A stretch of 64,000 bases of DNA, from positions 224,001 through 288,000 of the forward strand of contig CAXXWC010000013.1 in assembly GCA_963668645.2 (NCBI GenBank), read 5' to 3'. Source of the stretch: Desulfobacterales bacterium (GTDB lineage Bacteria; Desulfobacterota; Desulfobacteria; Desulfobacterales; UBA2174). This document shows, piece by piece, positions 29,719-39,907 of this stretch. A model generated the notes under the pieces. That model was given only the letters and a program-made list of their open reading frames with translations. It did not search any database and was not told the origin of the DNA. The position numbers and the translations under genes were made by a program. How positions within the stretch are numbered: position 1 is the first letter of the stretch; every line of letters begins with the position of its first letter.

Positions 29719-30840
29719 ATGAAACGTTTTGCGTTGTTGTTTAGCGTGCTGGCCCTGGTTGCCGTGTTTGCCGTTTCAGGCATCGCCGTAGCCGATACGA
29801 TAAAGCTTGGAGTGGCAGGGCCCCACTCGGGCGACCTGGCGTCTTACGGCCTGCCAACCGTCAAGGCCGCTGAGCTGGTGGTCAAGGACATCAACGCCAA
29901 GGGCGGTGTGCTCGGCAAGCAGGTGGAACTGGTTATCGAAGACGACGTGTGCAAGCCCGAAGTGGCCACCAACACCGCCACCAAGATCGTATCCCAGAAG
30001 GTGCCGGTGGTTGTGGGGCATATTTGCAGCGGAGCCACCAAGGCCGCACTGGGGATCTACAAGGAGGCCAAGGTCATCGCCATTTCGCCGTCGGCCACCA
30101 ACCCGGCATTGACCCAGAGCGGCGATTACCCCAATTTCTTCCGCACCATCGCTTCAGACGACGCCCAGGCGCGCCTGGAAGTCGATTTCGCCCTGGACGT
30201 GCTCAAACTGAAAAAAATTGCCGTACTGCATGACAAGGGCGATTACGGCAAGGGGCTGGCTGAGTTCGCCAAGAGTTTTGTCGAGGCGGACCCGCGGGCC
30301 GAAGTGGTGCTTTACGAGGGGGTCACCCCGGGTGCGGTGGACTATTCGGCCGTGGTGCAGAAGATTAAGCGCACCGGTGCCGAGGCGGTGATTTTCGGCG
30401 GCTACCATCCGGAAGCCTCCAAGATCGTCACCCAGATGCGCAAAAAACGTATGGACACCTTCTTTATCTCCGATGACGGCGTCAAGGACGACACCTTCAT
30501 CAAGGTGGCCGGCGAGTATGCCGAGGGCGTTTACGCCACCGGTCCCAAAGACGTATCGAAGAACCCCATGGCCATTGCCGCCAACAAGGCCCACCAGGAA
30601 ACCTATGGCGCCGATCCGGGCGCCTTTTACCTGAATGCCTATGCGGCCACCCTGGCCATTTTGAATGCCGTCGAGAAGGCGGGCGATGCGTATGACTACG
30701 ACGGGATCGTCAACGCGTTGCGCAACGACCCGGTGGACACGCCGCTGGGCACGATCCACTTCGACGAGCGCGGCGATGCCATCGGCGTCGGCTTCTCGAT
30801 GTACCAGGTCAAAAACGGCGTTTACGTAGAAGTTCAGTAA
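29719..30840 (+). CDS. livK: Branched-chain amino acid ABC transporter binding protein
   Basis: Signal peptide; IKLGVAGPHSG, GHICSGAT, YGKGLA. Confidence 0.93.
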   Translation: MKRFALLFSVLALVAVFAVSGIAVADTIKLGVAGPHSGDLASYGLPTVKAAELVVKDINAKGGVLGKQVELVIEDDVCKPEVATNTATKIVSQKVPVVVGHICSGATKAALGIYKEAKVIAISPSATNPALTQSGDYPNFFRTIASDDAQARLEVDFALDVLKLKKIAVLHDKGDYGKGLAEFAKSFVEADPRAEVVLYEGVTPGAVDYSAVVQKIKRTGAEAVIFGGYHPEASKIVTQMRKKRMDTFFISDDGVKDDTFIKVAGEYAEGVYATGPKDVSKNPMAIAANKAHQETYGADPGAFYLNAYAATLAILNAVEKAGDAYDYDGIVNALRNDPVDTPLGTIHFDERGDAIGVGFSMYQVKNGVYVEVQ

Positions 30841-30974
30841 GCCGTCTCCATCATGAACCCACAGGGGACAGGCCCACATTTTCGGGTCTGCCCCCTGGTT
30901 TTTTTCAGTCGCTGTCGCGCTGACGCTCTTTTTCCGGCGTCATCTTCCGGCGACCGGCATACGGACGAAGGTCC

Positions 30975-31883
30975 ATGGACCCCCAATACTTTGCCGAACT
31001 GTTCCTCGGCGGCCTGACCCGCGGCAGCATTTATGCGCTGATCGCCCTGGGCTATACGATGGTCTACGGCATCATCGAGCTGATCAACTTCGCCCACGGC
31101 GAGATTTACATGATCGGTGCCTTCACCGGCCTGATCGTGGCCACCGTGTTGACCCTGCTCGGATGGAACCAGATCGCCATTTTGGTCATCGCATCGGTGG
31201 CGGCCGTGATCTATTCCTCCTGTTACGGCTTCACCATGGAGAAGGTCGCCTACAAACCGTTGCGCGGCGCCCCCCGGCTTTCGGTGCTGATCAGCGCCAT
31301 AGGCATGTCGCTCTTTTTGCAAAACTACGTCCTGCTGGCCCAGACCTCAGACTTTCTGCCTTTTCCCAGCCTGGTGCCCGACTTCGATTTCTGGGAACCG
31401 TATGCCCATATCATCAGCAGCCAGGAGATCGCCATCATCGGTGTAACGGCGGTGGTCATGCTCTTGCTGAGCCTGATGATCAAATTCACGCGGGTGGGCA
31501 AGGCGATGCGGGCCACCAGCCAGGATCGCGACATGGCGATGCTGGTCGGAGTCGACGTGAACCGGGTGATCTCGATGACTTTCATCATCGGCTCGGCCAC
31601 CGCCGCTTTGGGGGCGGTGCTGATCGCCTCGCACATCGGCCAGATTAACTTTTATATCGGGTTCATTGCGGGCATAAAGGCCTTCGTGGCCGCGGTGCTG
31701 GGCGGGATCGGATCGGTGCCCGGAGCCGTGGTGGGCGCCCTGGTGCTCGGCTGGACCGAAAGCTTTTTCACCGGATACATCTCCAGCGATTACGAGGACG
31801 TGTTCGCCTTTGTTTTCCTGGTCTGCATCCTGATTTTCCGGCCCGCAGGCATTCTGGGCCGGTCGGACACCCAAAAAGTCTAA
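30975..31883 (+). CDS. livH: BCAA ABC permease
   Basis: GSIYALIALGYTMVYG, INFAHGE. Confidence 0.95.
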   Translation: MDPQYFAELFLGGLTRGSIYALIALGYTMVYGIIELINFAHGEIYMIGAFTGLIVATVLTLLGWNQIAILVIASVAAVIYSSCYGFTMEKVAYKPLRGAPRLSVLISAIGMSLFLQNYVLLAQTSDFLPFPSLVPDFDFWEPYAHIISSQEIAIIGVTAVVMLLLSLMIKFTRVGKAMRATSQDRDMAMLVGVDVNRVISMTFIIGSATAALGAVLIASHIGQINFYIGFIAGIKAFVAAVLGGIGSVPGAVVGALVLGWTESFFTGYISSDYEDVFAFVFLVCILIFRPAGILGRSDTQKV

Positions 31884-31908
31884 CCCCTGGCCGATCCGGG
31901 GAACGGTC

Positions 31909-33138
31909 GTGATCCCAATGCCGAGTTTCGTCGAAATCCGCAAGTCGCTGCTGGTGTCGATCTGGTTTATGTTCCTGACCTTTCCGATCATGGTCATCCG
32001 GGTCAACACCGTCGAAAACATCATCGAATGGCGCTGGCGCCACATGCTGATCGTGGGGCTGGGCAGCTTTCTGCTTTCCTTTGTCTGGCGTTACATGATC
32101 CGCCGCAAGGAGATGGGCATCAAGCGCCAGCGTGAAGGCGAGGGGCCGCGTCTTTCCATCTTTCAGCGCCTGACCGAGGACCGGCGCATTTTTCTGCCCG
32201 GCGTGGCGTTGATTTCGATTGTCGCGGTGGCCTTTCCCTTTGTTTTTTCCATGTATCAGACCAATATTCTGACCACCGCCCTGATGTACATCATGCTCGG
32301 TCTGGGGCTGAACATCGTGGTGGGGGTCGCCGGCCTGCTCGACCTGGGCTACGTGGCCTTTTACGCCGTGGGTGCCTACACCTACGCGTTGCTCAACTAC
32401 CATTTCGGCCTCAATTTCTGGGTCTGCCTGCCCATCGGAGCGGCCATGGGGGCGCTATTCGGGATCCTGCTCGGGTTTCCGGTGCTGCGGCTGCGTGGCG
32501 ATTACCTGGCCATCGTAACCCTCGGCTTCGGTGAGATCATCCGGCTGATTCTCGAAAACTGGAACGCGTTCTCCTTCGGGCCCAGCGGCATCGCCAACAT
32601 TCCGCGGCCCGGGCTTTTCGGCCTGGACCTGTCGCTGGAAGGGTATACGATCTACATTTACTTTCTGGTCATGGCGCTTACGGTTTTTACCATCTTCATG
32701 GTCAACCGGCTGCAAAACTCGCGCATCGGACGCGCCTGGCTGGCTTTGCGTGAGGACGAAATCGCCTGCCAGGCCATGGGCATCGACAAGACCCGGACCA
32801 AGCTGACCGCCTTTGCTCTGGGCGCCACCTGGGCCGGACTGGCCGGGGTGGTTTTCGCCGCCAAGACGACCTTCATCAACCCGGCCAGCTTTACCATCTG
32901 GGAGTCGATCATCATCCTGTGCGTGGTGGTGCTCGGCGGCATGGGATCGATCCTGGGCGTGATTTTCGGAGCCCTGGTGCTGATCCTGGTGCCCGAATAC
33001 CTGCGGGCGGTCAGCGAATACCGCATGCTGGTCTTCGGTTGCGTGCTGGTGCTGATGATGGTCTTCCGGCCGGGAGGGATAGTGAGCAACGTGCGCCGCA
33101 CCTATAAATTCGAGGGGAGCGACAGCGATGGCAAGTGA
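31909..33138 (+). CDS. livM: BCAA ABC permease
   Basis: GLLDLGYVAFY, LRGDYLAIVTLGFGEI. Confidence 0.95.
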   Translation: MIPMPSFVEIRKSLLVSIWFMFLTFPIMVIRVNTVENIIEWRWRHMLIVGLGSFLLSFVWRYMIRRKEMGIKRQREGEGPRLSIFQRLTEDRRIFLPGVALISIVAVAFPFVFSMYQTNILTTALMYIMLGLGLNIVVGVAGLLDLGYVAFYAVGAYTYALLNYHFGLNFWVCLPIGAAMGALFGILLGFPVLRLRGDYLAIVTLGFGEIIRLILENWNAFSFGPSGIANIPRPGLFGLDLSLEGYTIYIYFLVMALTVFTIFMVNRLQNSRIGRAWLALREDEIACQAMGIDKTRTKLTAFALGATWAGLAGVVFAAKTTFINPASFTIWESIIILCVVVLGGMGSILGVIFGALVLILVPEYLRAVSEYRMLVFGCVLVLMMVFRPGGIVSNVRRTYKFEGSDSDGK

Positions 33139-33937
33139 GGTTCAGCAGGTGGCGCCGATCCTCGAAGTGCGGCAACTGAGCATGGATTTCGGCGGGCTGC
33201 GGGCCATGGACCGCCTTGATCTGGAGATTCACCAAGGGGAAATCGTGGCCCTGATCGGCCCCAACGGGGCGGGCAAGACCACCTTTTTCAATTGCATCAC
33301 CGGGATCTACAATCCTACCGGCGGCGATGTGCTGGTGCGGCCGCCGGGCGGCAAGTCCAGACGGATCAACGGCCTGAAGCCCAACCGGGTCACCCAGATC
33401 GGCCTGGCACGAACCTTTCAGAATATCCGCCTTTTTCAGCAGATGACCGTGCTTGAAAACGTGATGATCGGACGCCACTGCTGCATGCGGTCCGGCATCC
33501 CGGGCGCAGTTTTCCGCCCGCCGCGGACGGTACGCGAAGAAAAACAGGCCGTAACGGACAGCTACCGCATCCTGGAAAAGATCGGACTGGAACGCTTCGT
33601 CAACGAATTGAGCAAGAATCTGCCCTATGGGGCCCAGCGGCGTTTGGAGATTGCCCGCGCCCTGGCCACCGACCCCTTTTTGCTGCTTCTGGACGAGCCG
33701 GCCGCCGGCTTGAATCCCCATGAAACCATGGAGCTGGACCATCTGATCCTCCGTTTGCGCGATGAGGAAAATGTGTCGATTCTGCTTATCGAGCACGACA
33801 TGAAGCTCGTAATGAGCCTCTCGGACCGCATTTACGTGGTAGACTACGGCAAGAAGATCGCCGAGGGGGCGCCGGGTCAGATCAAGAATGATCCGGTGGT
33901 GATCAAGGCTTACCTGGGAGAGGAATACGCCGCCTGA
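33128..33937 (+). CDS. livG: BCAA ABC ATP-binding protein
   Basis: GPNGAGKT, ARTFQNIRLF, LPYGAQRRLEIARAL. Confidence 0.95.
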   Translation: MASEVQQVAPILEVRQLSMDFGGLRAMDRLDLEIHQGEIVALIGPNGAGKTTFFNCITGIYNPTGGDVLVRPPGGKSRRINGLKPNRVTQIGLARTFQNIRLFQQMTVLENVMIGRHCCMRSGIPGAVFRPPRTVREEKQAVTDSYRILEKIGLERFVNELSKNLPYGAQRRLEIARALATDPFLLLLDEPAAGLNPHETMELDHLILRLRDEENVSILLIEHDMKLVMSLSDRIYVVDYGKKIAEGAPGQIKNDPVVIKAYLGEEYAA

Positions 33938-33978
33938 CGGCCGGTGCGGCGGTCCGGGCACGGCAGAGATCGAGGCGC

Positions 33979-34686
33979 ATGCTGAACATCGACAACATCA
34001 AGACCTACTACGGCAATATCCAGGCCCTCAAAGGGGTCAGCCTCACCATTGCGACCGGGGAGATCATCTGTTTGATCGGCGCCAACGGCGCCGGCAAGTC
34101 GACCACCTTGATGAGCATCTGCGGTGTGGTGCCGCCGCGTACAGGACGGATCGTTTTCGAGGAACGGGAGATCCAGGATCTGCCCACCAACCGCATCGTG
34201 GAGATGGGCATCGTGCAGGTGCCGGAGGGGCGGCGCATCTTTCCCTACCTCACCGTGGCCGAAAACCTCGATATGGGGGCTTTTTTACGCAAGGACAAAG
34301 CCGCCATCGCCCAGGACCTGGAATACATCTACGCGCTGTTTCCCATCCTGGCCCAGCGCCGCCACCAGGCCGGTGGAACCCTCTCCGGCGGCGAGCAGCA
34401 GATGCTGGCCATCAGCCGGGCGTTGATGGCCCGGCCCCGCCTGCTGCTGCTGGATGAACCGTCTCTCGGTTTGGCCCCCCTGGTGGTCAAGCAGATCTTC
34501 GAGATTATCGCCAAGATCAACCGTGAAAACAATACCACCATATTCTTGGTGGAACAAAACGCCAACCTGGCCTTGCAGGTGGCCCACCGGGGCTACGTGA
34601 TGGAAACCGGGCGCATCACCCTCACCGACACGGCGGCTCGCCTGTTGGCCAATGAGGATGTCAAACGCGCCTATCTCGGCATATGA
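33979..34686 (+). CDS. livF: BCAA ABC ATP-binding protein
   Basis: GANGAGKS, VPEGRRIF, LSGGEQQMLA. Confidence 0.95.
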   Translation: MLNIDNIKTYYGNIQALKGVSLTIATGEIICLIGANGAGKSTTLMSICGVVPPRTGRIVFEEREIQDLPTNRIVEMGIVQVPEGRRIFPYLTVAENLDMGAFLRKDKAAIAQDLEYIYALFPILAQRRHQAGGTLSGGEQQMLAISRALMARPRLLLLDEPSLGLAPLVVKQIFEIIAKINRENNTTIFLVEQNANLALQVAHRGYVMETGRITLTDTAARLLANEDVKRAYLGI

Positions 34687-34793
34687 CGTTTTGAACTCCG
34701 GGCGTGGTGCGACGCTGCCGCGTCGAATCGGCCGGCCGGAGGACTTTTGGCACCAGGCGGGATTTGCCGGGCAAACCCCGCCGGTTCGATGCA

Positions 34794-35861
34794 ATGCGGA
34801 CGACTCCCTCCATACGAGAGGCCTTCGAGGCGCGCGAGCGCAGCTTCATGTCCCCCTTCGGGTGCCTGAGCAGCGCCTCCCGGGGCCGGCAGCATCCTGA
34901 AAAGAATTCGCTGATCCGCACCGCCTTCCAGCGTGACCGGGACCGGATCATGTACTCCAACGCCTTCCGGCGTCTCAAGCACAAGACCCAGGTTTTTCTG
35001 TCCCCTCTGGGCGAGCAGTATCGCACCCGGTTGACCCACACCCTCGAGGTGGCTCAGATCGCGCGCAACATCGCCCGGGCCATGCGGCTCAACGAAGATC
35101 TGGCCGAGGCGATCTCCCTGGGCCACGATCTGGGCCACACCCCCTTCGGCCACAGCGGGGAGACCGCTCTCAAAGAGGTCTTCGGCGCCGATTTTTCCCA
35201 CAACGAACAGAGCCTGCGCATCGTCGACATTCTTGAAAGAAACGGCCGGGGATTGAATCTTACCGAGGAGGTGCGCGACGGCATTCTGCGCCACTCCAAG
35301 GGGTACGGCCCCATCATCGTGGACAATCCCCAGGAGAGCGCCGCCACCGTGGAGGGCCAGATCGTGCGGGTGGCCGACATCATGGCCTATCTCAACCACG
35401 ACTTGGACGATGCCATCCGCAGCGGGGTGATCCGTCCCCAGCAGGTGCCGCCGGTTTGCCAGAAAGTGTTGGGAGGCGACCATGGAGCCCGGGCCACCAC
35501 CATGGTGCGGGACGTGGTGTTCAGCAGCCGGGTGGAAGGGGACCGATTGCTGCTGCGCATCAGCGAACCGGTGGCCGAGGCGATGCACGCGCTTCGAAGC
35601 TTCCTTTATGACAACGTGTATCGTAGCGCGCGGGTGCATAACGAATTCATCAAGGCCAAGAAGATCATCCGAGACCTTTATGTCTATTTTCTGGACCACC
35701 CTGATCATCTCTACAACGAACTGGCCAACCTGGAGATGGCCGCCTGCTACGATAACGGCTCGCCGCCAGAACGGGTGGTGTGCGACCTGATCGCCAGCAT
35801 GACCGACCACAGCGCCCTGACCCTCTATCAGAAAATCTTCTTCCCCTCGCCGATGGTCTGA
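34794..35861 (+). CDS. dgt: Deoxyguanosinetriphosphate triphosphohydrolase (HD domain)
   Basis: FQRDRDRI, RRLKHKTQVF, RTRLTHTLEV, HDLGHTPFGH. Confidence 0.95.
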   Translation: MRTTPSIREAFEARERSFMSPFGCLSSASRGRQHPEKNSLIRTAFQRDRDRIMYSNAFRRLKHKTQVFLSPLGEQYRTRLTHTLEVAQIARNIARAMRLNEDLAEAISLGHDLGHTPFGHSGETALKEVFGADFSHNEQSLRIVDILERNGRGLNLTEEVRDGILRHSKGYGPIIVDNPQESAATVEGQIVRVADIMAYLNHDLDDAIRSGVIRPQQVPPVCQKVLGGDHGARATTMVRDVVFSSRVEGDRLLLRISEPVAEAMHALRSFLYDNVYRSARVHNEFIKAKKIIRDLYVYFLDHPDHLYNELANLEMAACYDNGSPPERVVCDLIASMTDHSALTLYQKIFFPSPMV

Positions 35862-35864
35862 CCG

Positions 35865-36443
35865 ATGGATCTATACGCCCTGACCACTCAGGCCCGGCCC
35901 TTGCTCGATGGGCTGCACGACTTGTATGCCCAGATGGACCGGGACTACCAGCAGGTGGCGGCCGCTTACGGTTTTTCCTGCCGGGGGTGTGCCGACAACT
36001 GCTGCCGCACCCGTTTTCATCATCACACCCTGATCGAGTGGCTGGATCTGGAGGACGGTTTGCAGCGCATGCCGCCCCGGACCCAGACTGCCATCCTGGC
36101 CCTGGCGACGGAGCCAGCCCCTGATGCACCGTGCCCCTTATGGGACGGGGGCCGGTGCCGGCTTTATGGCCACCGGCCGATGATCTGCCGGCTGCATGGG
36201 CTGCCCCACAGGCTGCGGCGGCCCGACGGCGTGGAACAGATCGGACCAGGCTGCGCTGAATTTCACCGGCTTTGCGGTCCGGCCTACCTGCGGCTGGACC
36301 GGACCCCCCTTTACCGCGCTCTGGCCGCACTGGAGGCAGAGCTGCGCCAAGCCGTAACGTTTCGCGATCGGATTCGCATGACGGTGGCCGAGATGATCGC
36401 CGCCGGCCGGAGCGGGCGGATCGCAGGAGGAGAGGGGGCATGA
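35865..36443 (+). CDS. YkgJ-like Cys-cluster (CxxCxxCC) protein
   Basis: CRGCADNCC...CPL...CRLYGHRPMICR. Confidence 0.8.
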   Translation: MDLYALTTQARPLLDGLHDLYAQMDRDYQQVAAAYGFSCRGCADNCCRTRFHHHTLIEWLDLEDGLQRMPPRTQTAILALATEPAPDAPCPLWDGGRCRLYGHRPMICRLHGLPHRLRRPDGVEQIGPGCAEFHRLCGPAYLRLDRTPLYRALAALEAELRQAVTFRDRIRMTVAEMIAAGRSGRIAGGEGA

Positions 36444-37228
36444 AACGTATCGATGCCGGTGCGGCCGAAGAGCTGAGCGGGCGCCGGCTGGGACCGGATG
36501 AATCCTTCGATTTCGCCTGCCATCGGGATCTGGCCTGTTTCAACCGGTGCTGCCGCAACCTGAACCTTTACCTTTATCCTTACGACGTGCTGCGGTTGAC
36601 GCGGCGGCTGGGGATCGGTGCCGAGCGGTTCATCGACGGCCATGTGGACGTGGTCCTGCGGCCCGGCCACCATTTTCCCGATGTGCTGTTGCGGATGGCC
36701 GACGGCGTGGACCATCCTTGCCCCTTCGTCTCGGATGCGGGTTGCGGGGTTTACGGTGACCGGCCCTTTACCTGCCGCAGTTTTCCCATGGAAAAAGGCC
36801 TGCTCTCCTCCCAGGGAGGTGGGGCTGCCGGCGAGGCGGTCTACTGGCTGCGCCCTCCCGATTTCTGTCTGGGTCCCGGTCAACCCCAGGCCACCACGGC
36901 CCGGGACTGGTTCCAGGAGTCCGACACCCGGATCTATGACCGCTGGACCGAACGGTGGGCCCGGATTCAGCAGCGCTTCACCGAAGACCCCTGGGGGGTG
37001 GAGGGGCCGGGGGGGCGGCGGGCCAAGATGGCCTTCATGGCCGCCTACAACTTGGAAGGGCTGCGCCGCTTTGTCTTCGAGAGCAGCTTTCTCAAACGCT
37101 TCAAAGTCGACCCGGATCGGCTACGGCGCATCCGCCGCGACGACGAGGCCCTTCTCGATCTGGGGTTGGAATGGATCGGGCTGTTTCTCTGGGGCGTGCA
37201 GAGCCGGATGATTCGGCCCAGGAGATAA
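36440..37228 (+). CDS. YkgJ family Cys-cluster protein
   Basis: FACHRDLACFNRCC...CPF...CGVYGDRPFTCRSFP. Confidence 0.85.
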   Translation: MKRIDAGAAEELSGRRLGPDESFDFACHRDLACFNRCCRNLNLYLYPYDVLRLTRRLGIGAERFIDGHVDVVLRPGHHFPDVLLRMADGVDHPCPFVSDAGCGVYGDRPFTCRSFPMEKGLLSSQGGGAAGEAVYWLRPPDFCLGPGQPQATTARDWFQESDTRIYDRWTERWARIQQRFTEDPWGVEGPGGRRAKMAFMAAYNLEGLRRFVFESSFLKRFKVDPDRLRRIRRDDEALLDLGLEWIGLFLWGVQSRMIRPRR

Positions 37229-37294
37229 TCGCTACGACCTTGTTGGCGGCTTTCGTCGTAAGGTTGAGCAGCATGAATCCGGGAAGTTCAACGG

Positions 37295-38119
37295 CTAATA
37301 GATCTTTTCCACCCCTTCGGGCATCGGCGCCACCGTTTCCCCGCCCAACACGTAGCCCCCGTCCAGGCGCAGGATGCTGCCGGTCATGTAAGGGGCTTGG
37401 CTCAGCAAAAAGCGCACGGCCCGTACCACATCCTGAAGCGTTCCGATCCGTTTGAGCAGCACGTGGTCGACCAGGGCCCGGCGCTGGGCCGCATCCAGCA
37501 GTCCCCAGCCTCGGGTATCCGGTCCGTGGCGGGTTTCCACCAGGCCGAGCATCAGTTCGTTGACCCGCACCTCGGGGGCCCCGAGCCGGGCCCAGGTTTC
37601 CGTGAGCAGGGAGACGGCCCGGTTGGCGGCGGCATAGCCATCGTTGTACAGGAAGCTCGCCGGGCCGCTGCGCCCGACGAGGGCCGCGATGGACGAAACG
37701 TTGACCACCGCGCCGCTGCCGGCGGCCTTGAGATAGGGCAAGGCCGCCTGGAAGACCCACTGTTTGGCGCGCAGGCTGGTTTCCTGTTCCAGATCCCACT
37801 GGGCGGTGGTGTAGGCGCCGTGGACCACCGGCCAGCCGCCACGCTCGATATTGTTGATCAGAATGTCGATGCGCCCGAAGTGGGCGTTGACCTTTTCGAC
37901 CAGATCCGCTGCGGCCCGGGTGTCACGCAGATCTGCGGGAACCAGCAGGTGGCGCGCGCCACTTTCGGCAAGGTCGCGCTGCAGGGCCGGCAGGGCCTCG
38001 GGCCAGTCGAAGTAGGAGATGGCCACCGCCGCGCCGGCCCGGGCTAGGTCCATGGCGATGGCCTTGCCGATCCCCTTGATGGCGCCGAGCACCAGGGCTG
38101 TCTTGCCGTTCAGGTTCAT
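37295..38119 (-). CDS. SDR family oxidoreductase
   Basis: VLGAIKGIG Rossmann motif, IDILINN, NVSS, YAAAN (YxxxK lysine replaced). Confidence 0.88.
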   Translation of the reverse strand: MNLNGKTALVLGAIKGIGKAIAMDLARAGAAVAISYFDWPEALPALQRDLAESGARHLLVPADLRDTRAAADLVEKVNAHFGRIDILINNIERGGWPVVHGAYTTAQWDLEQETSLRAKQWVFQAALPYLKAAGSGAVVNVSSIAALVGRSGPASFLYNDGYAAANRAVSLLTETWARLGAPEVRVNELMLGLVETRHGPDTRGWGLLDAAQRRALVDHVLLKRIGTLQDVVRAVRFLLSQAPYMTGSILRLDGGYVLGGETVAPMPEGVEKIY

Positions 38120-38880
38120 CGATGGGCTCCTGTTGGGGCCAGGGCTTCGAGCAGTGCCTCCACCCAGCGGTAGGCGAAGCGGATCAGTGCCTCGTCGTCC
38201 TCGGCCAGGGCCTGGCGTTCATGCGCCGAGGGGACCAGGGGATCGTCCTGGGGCCGGTTCAAAAGATGGCGCCGGAAACGGTCCGGATCGTACAGGGCGG
38301 TGTGCACCCGGGTTTGAATCGACGGGGGCAGAGGGGAGGGGTGGCGGCGGCGTTTGAGGCCGATCAGGCCCACCATGGGATCGTTCATGCGGTGGTATTC
38401 GGCCAGCCCCTGGTCTTCGATCCAGTCGCGGACCCGCTGTTTCGCCGGCGCCTCGTGGCCGCGGCAGTGGGGTTCGCGCACAAGGGCGAAATGCTCCTCG
38501 ATCGGCCCGGCAGGGCCGGTGCGGCGGATCGCCCTTGCCAGCGGATAAAGCCGGCAGGCGGCCGGCCGGTGGGCATAGACCCGGCAGCCTTGGGCAGTGA
38601 CAAAGGGGCAGATCAAATCCCGGGACGGATCGAAACGCAGGCTGATCACGGGCAATCCGCTCATCGGGCCGTCATGGGTATTGGTGAACTGTGCCAGAAA
38701 ACGGTCCGACGGCAGCTCCAGATGACGGCAAAGCCTCAGGATATCATAAGGGTAAAGGGCCTGGTTCAGGTCCCGGCAGCACTGATTAAAGCAGGGTACC
38801 ACGGGGCCGCAGGCGAATGCGAAGTTCTGGTCGGCGGTTGTGGGAACGAGTTCTGGCTGCATGAGGCCATCTGGTATCAT
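38116..38880 (-). CDS. YkgJ family Cys-cluster protein (start uncertain)
   Basis: FACGPVVPCFNQCC...CPF...CRVYAHRPAACRLYP. Confidence 0.85.
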   Translation of the reverse strand: MIPDGLMQPELVPTTADQNFAFACGPVVPCFNQCCRDLNQALYPYDILRLCRHLELPSDRFLAQFTNTHDGPMSGLPVISLRFDPSRDLICPFVTAQGCRVYAHRPAACRLYPLARAIRRTGPAGPIEEHFALVREPHCRGHEAPAKQRVRDWIEDQGLAEYHRMNDPMVGLIGLKRRRHPSPLPPSIQTRVHTALYDPDRFRRHLLNRPQDDPLVPSAHERQALAEDDEALIRFAYRWVEALLEALAPTGAHR

Positions 38881-39110
38881 GTCTGGCGGACGAGTCAAGA
38901 CCGGGGTTGGCGAAAGATGGTTGCGACGACGGCAAACCGGACCCGCCGCCCGCATCACGGACGAACCGGCCCGGTTGCGATGGCGGGGGGTGAAAAGAGA
39001 TGTTGGTACCAGATATAGTACCACTGCAAGAGGGAACAACCACATATGGAAAGACGGGTGAATGGTCTGAAAACGGTTTGATCTCGGGATGTTTTAAGAT
39101 CCAAAAGTGC

Positions 39111-39139
39111 TTGACAAGCCCAGGGGGGGATGGTAAAAA
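39111..39139 (+). promoter_or_regulatory. sigma70 promoter for aprBA
   Basis: TTGACA-17 nt-TAAAAA with TGn extension, about 260 nt upstream of aprB. Confidence 0.55.
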
Positions 39140-39400
39140 AGCAGCTTGATTGCGATAAATATCTGCCTGAATTTATAGATGATTTTAATATTCTTGGGGG
39201 TTTCCGGGACCTTGTGGTGCGGCCGGAGGCCTCTATTCTGCCCCCACCGAGCGAGGAGACCGGATCTTTCGGAAGAGTTGGCAAGGACTGCCATATTTAA
39301 AATGACGGCGAGAGAGGAGGTGCAAGCCAAACGAAAGAGATTTCCAAGTGTGATGATCGTATCCATCCAACACGTCAACCGCAATCAGGAGGTATGCTAA

Positions 39401-39838
39401 ATGCCAAGCTTTGTCATTCAGGAAAAGTGTGACGGCTGCAAGGGCGGCGAAAAAACGGCCTGCATGTACATCTGCCCGAACGATCTGATGGTTCTGGATC
39501 CCAACGCGATGAAGGCTTACAACCAAGAGCCGGATCAGTGCTGGGAATGCTTTTCATGCGTCAAAATCTGCCCGACCCAGGCCATTGAAGTTCGCGGCTA
39601 TGCCGACTTCGTGCCGCTGGGAAGCTCGATCATGCCGATGATGGGCACCGAAGATGTCATGTGGACCTGCAAGTTCCGCAACGGCGTTGTCAAACGCTTC
39701 AAGTTCCCCATCCGGACCACTCCTGAGGGCGCTGCCAACGCCTACGACAGTCTCCAGGGCAAGGATCTGGACAGCGAACTGCTCAGCACCGAAGAAGCCG
39801 ACGGCTATACCATCCCCAAGCCCCAGGCCACGGTCTAG
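39401..39838 (+). CDS. aprB: Adenylylsulfate reductase beta subunit
   Basis: CDGCKGGEKTACMYICP, CWECFSCVKICP, KRFKFPIRTT. Confidence 0.99.
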   Translation: MPSFVIQEKCDGCKGGEKTACMYICPNDLMVLDPNAMKAYNQEPDQCWECFSCVKICPTQAIEVRGYADFVPLGSSIMPMMGTEDVMWTCKFRNGVVKRFKFPIRTTPEGAANAYDSLQGKDLDSELLSTEEADGYTIPKPQATV

Positions 39839-39907
39839 CACGCATCGATGTCCGGACGCTTCTGGCATTGCACATTCAAAAGACCTGTACCGTAAGGAGG
39901 AAACGAT

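Noticed and set aside
34794..35861. Anti-phage dGTPase
   Set aside because: Short housekeeping-type enzyme in a core-gene context, far from the defence-like region
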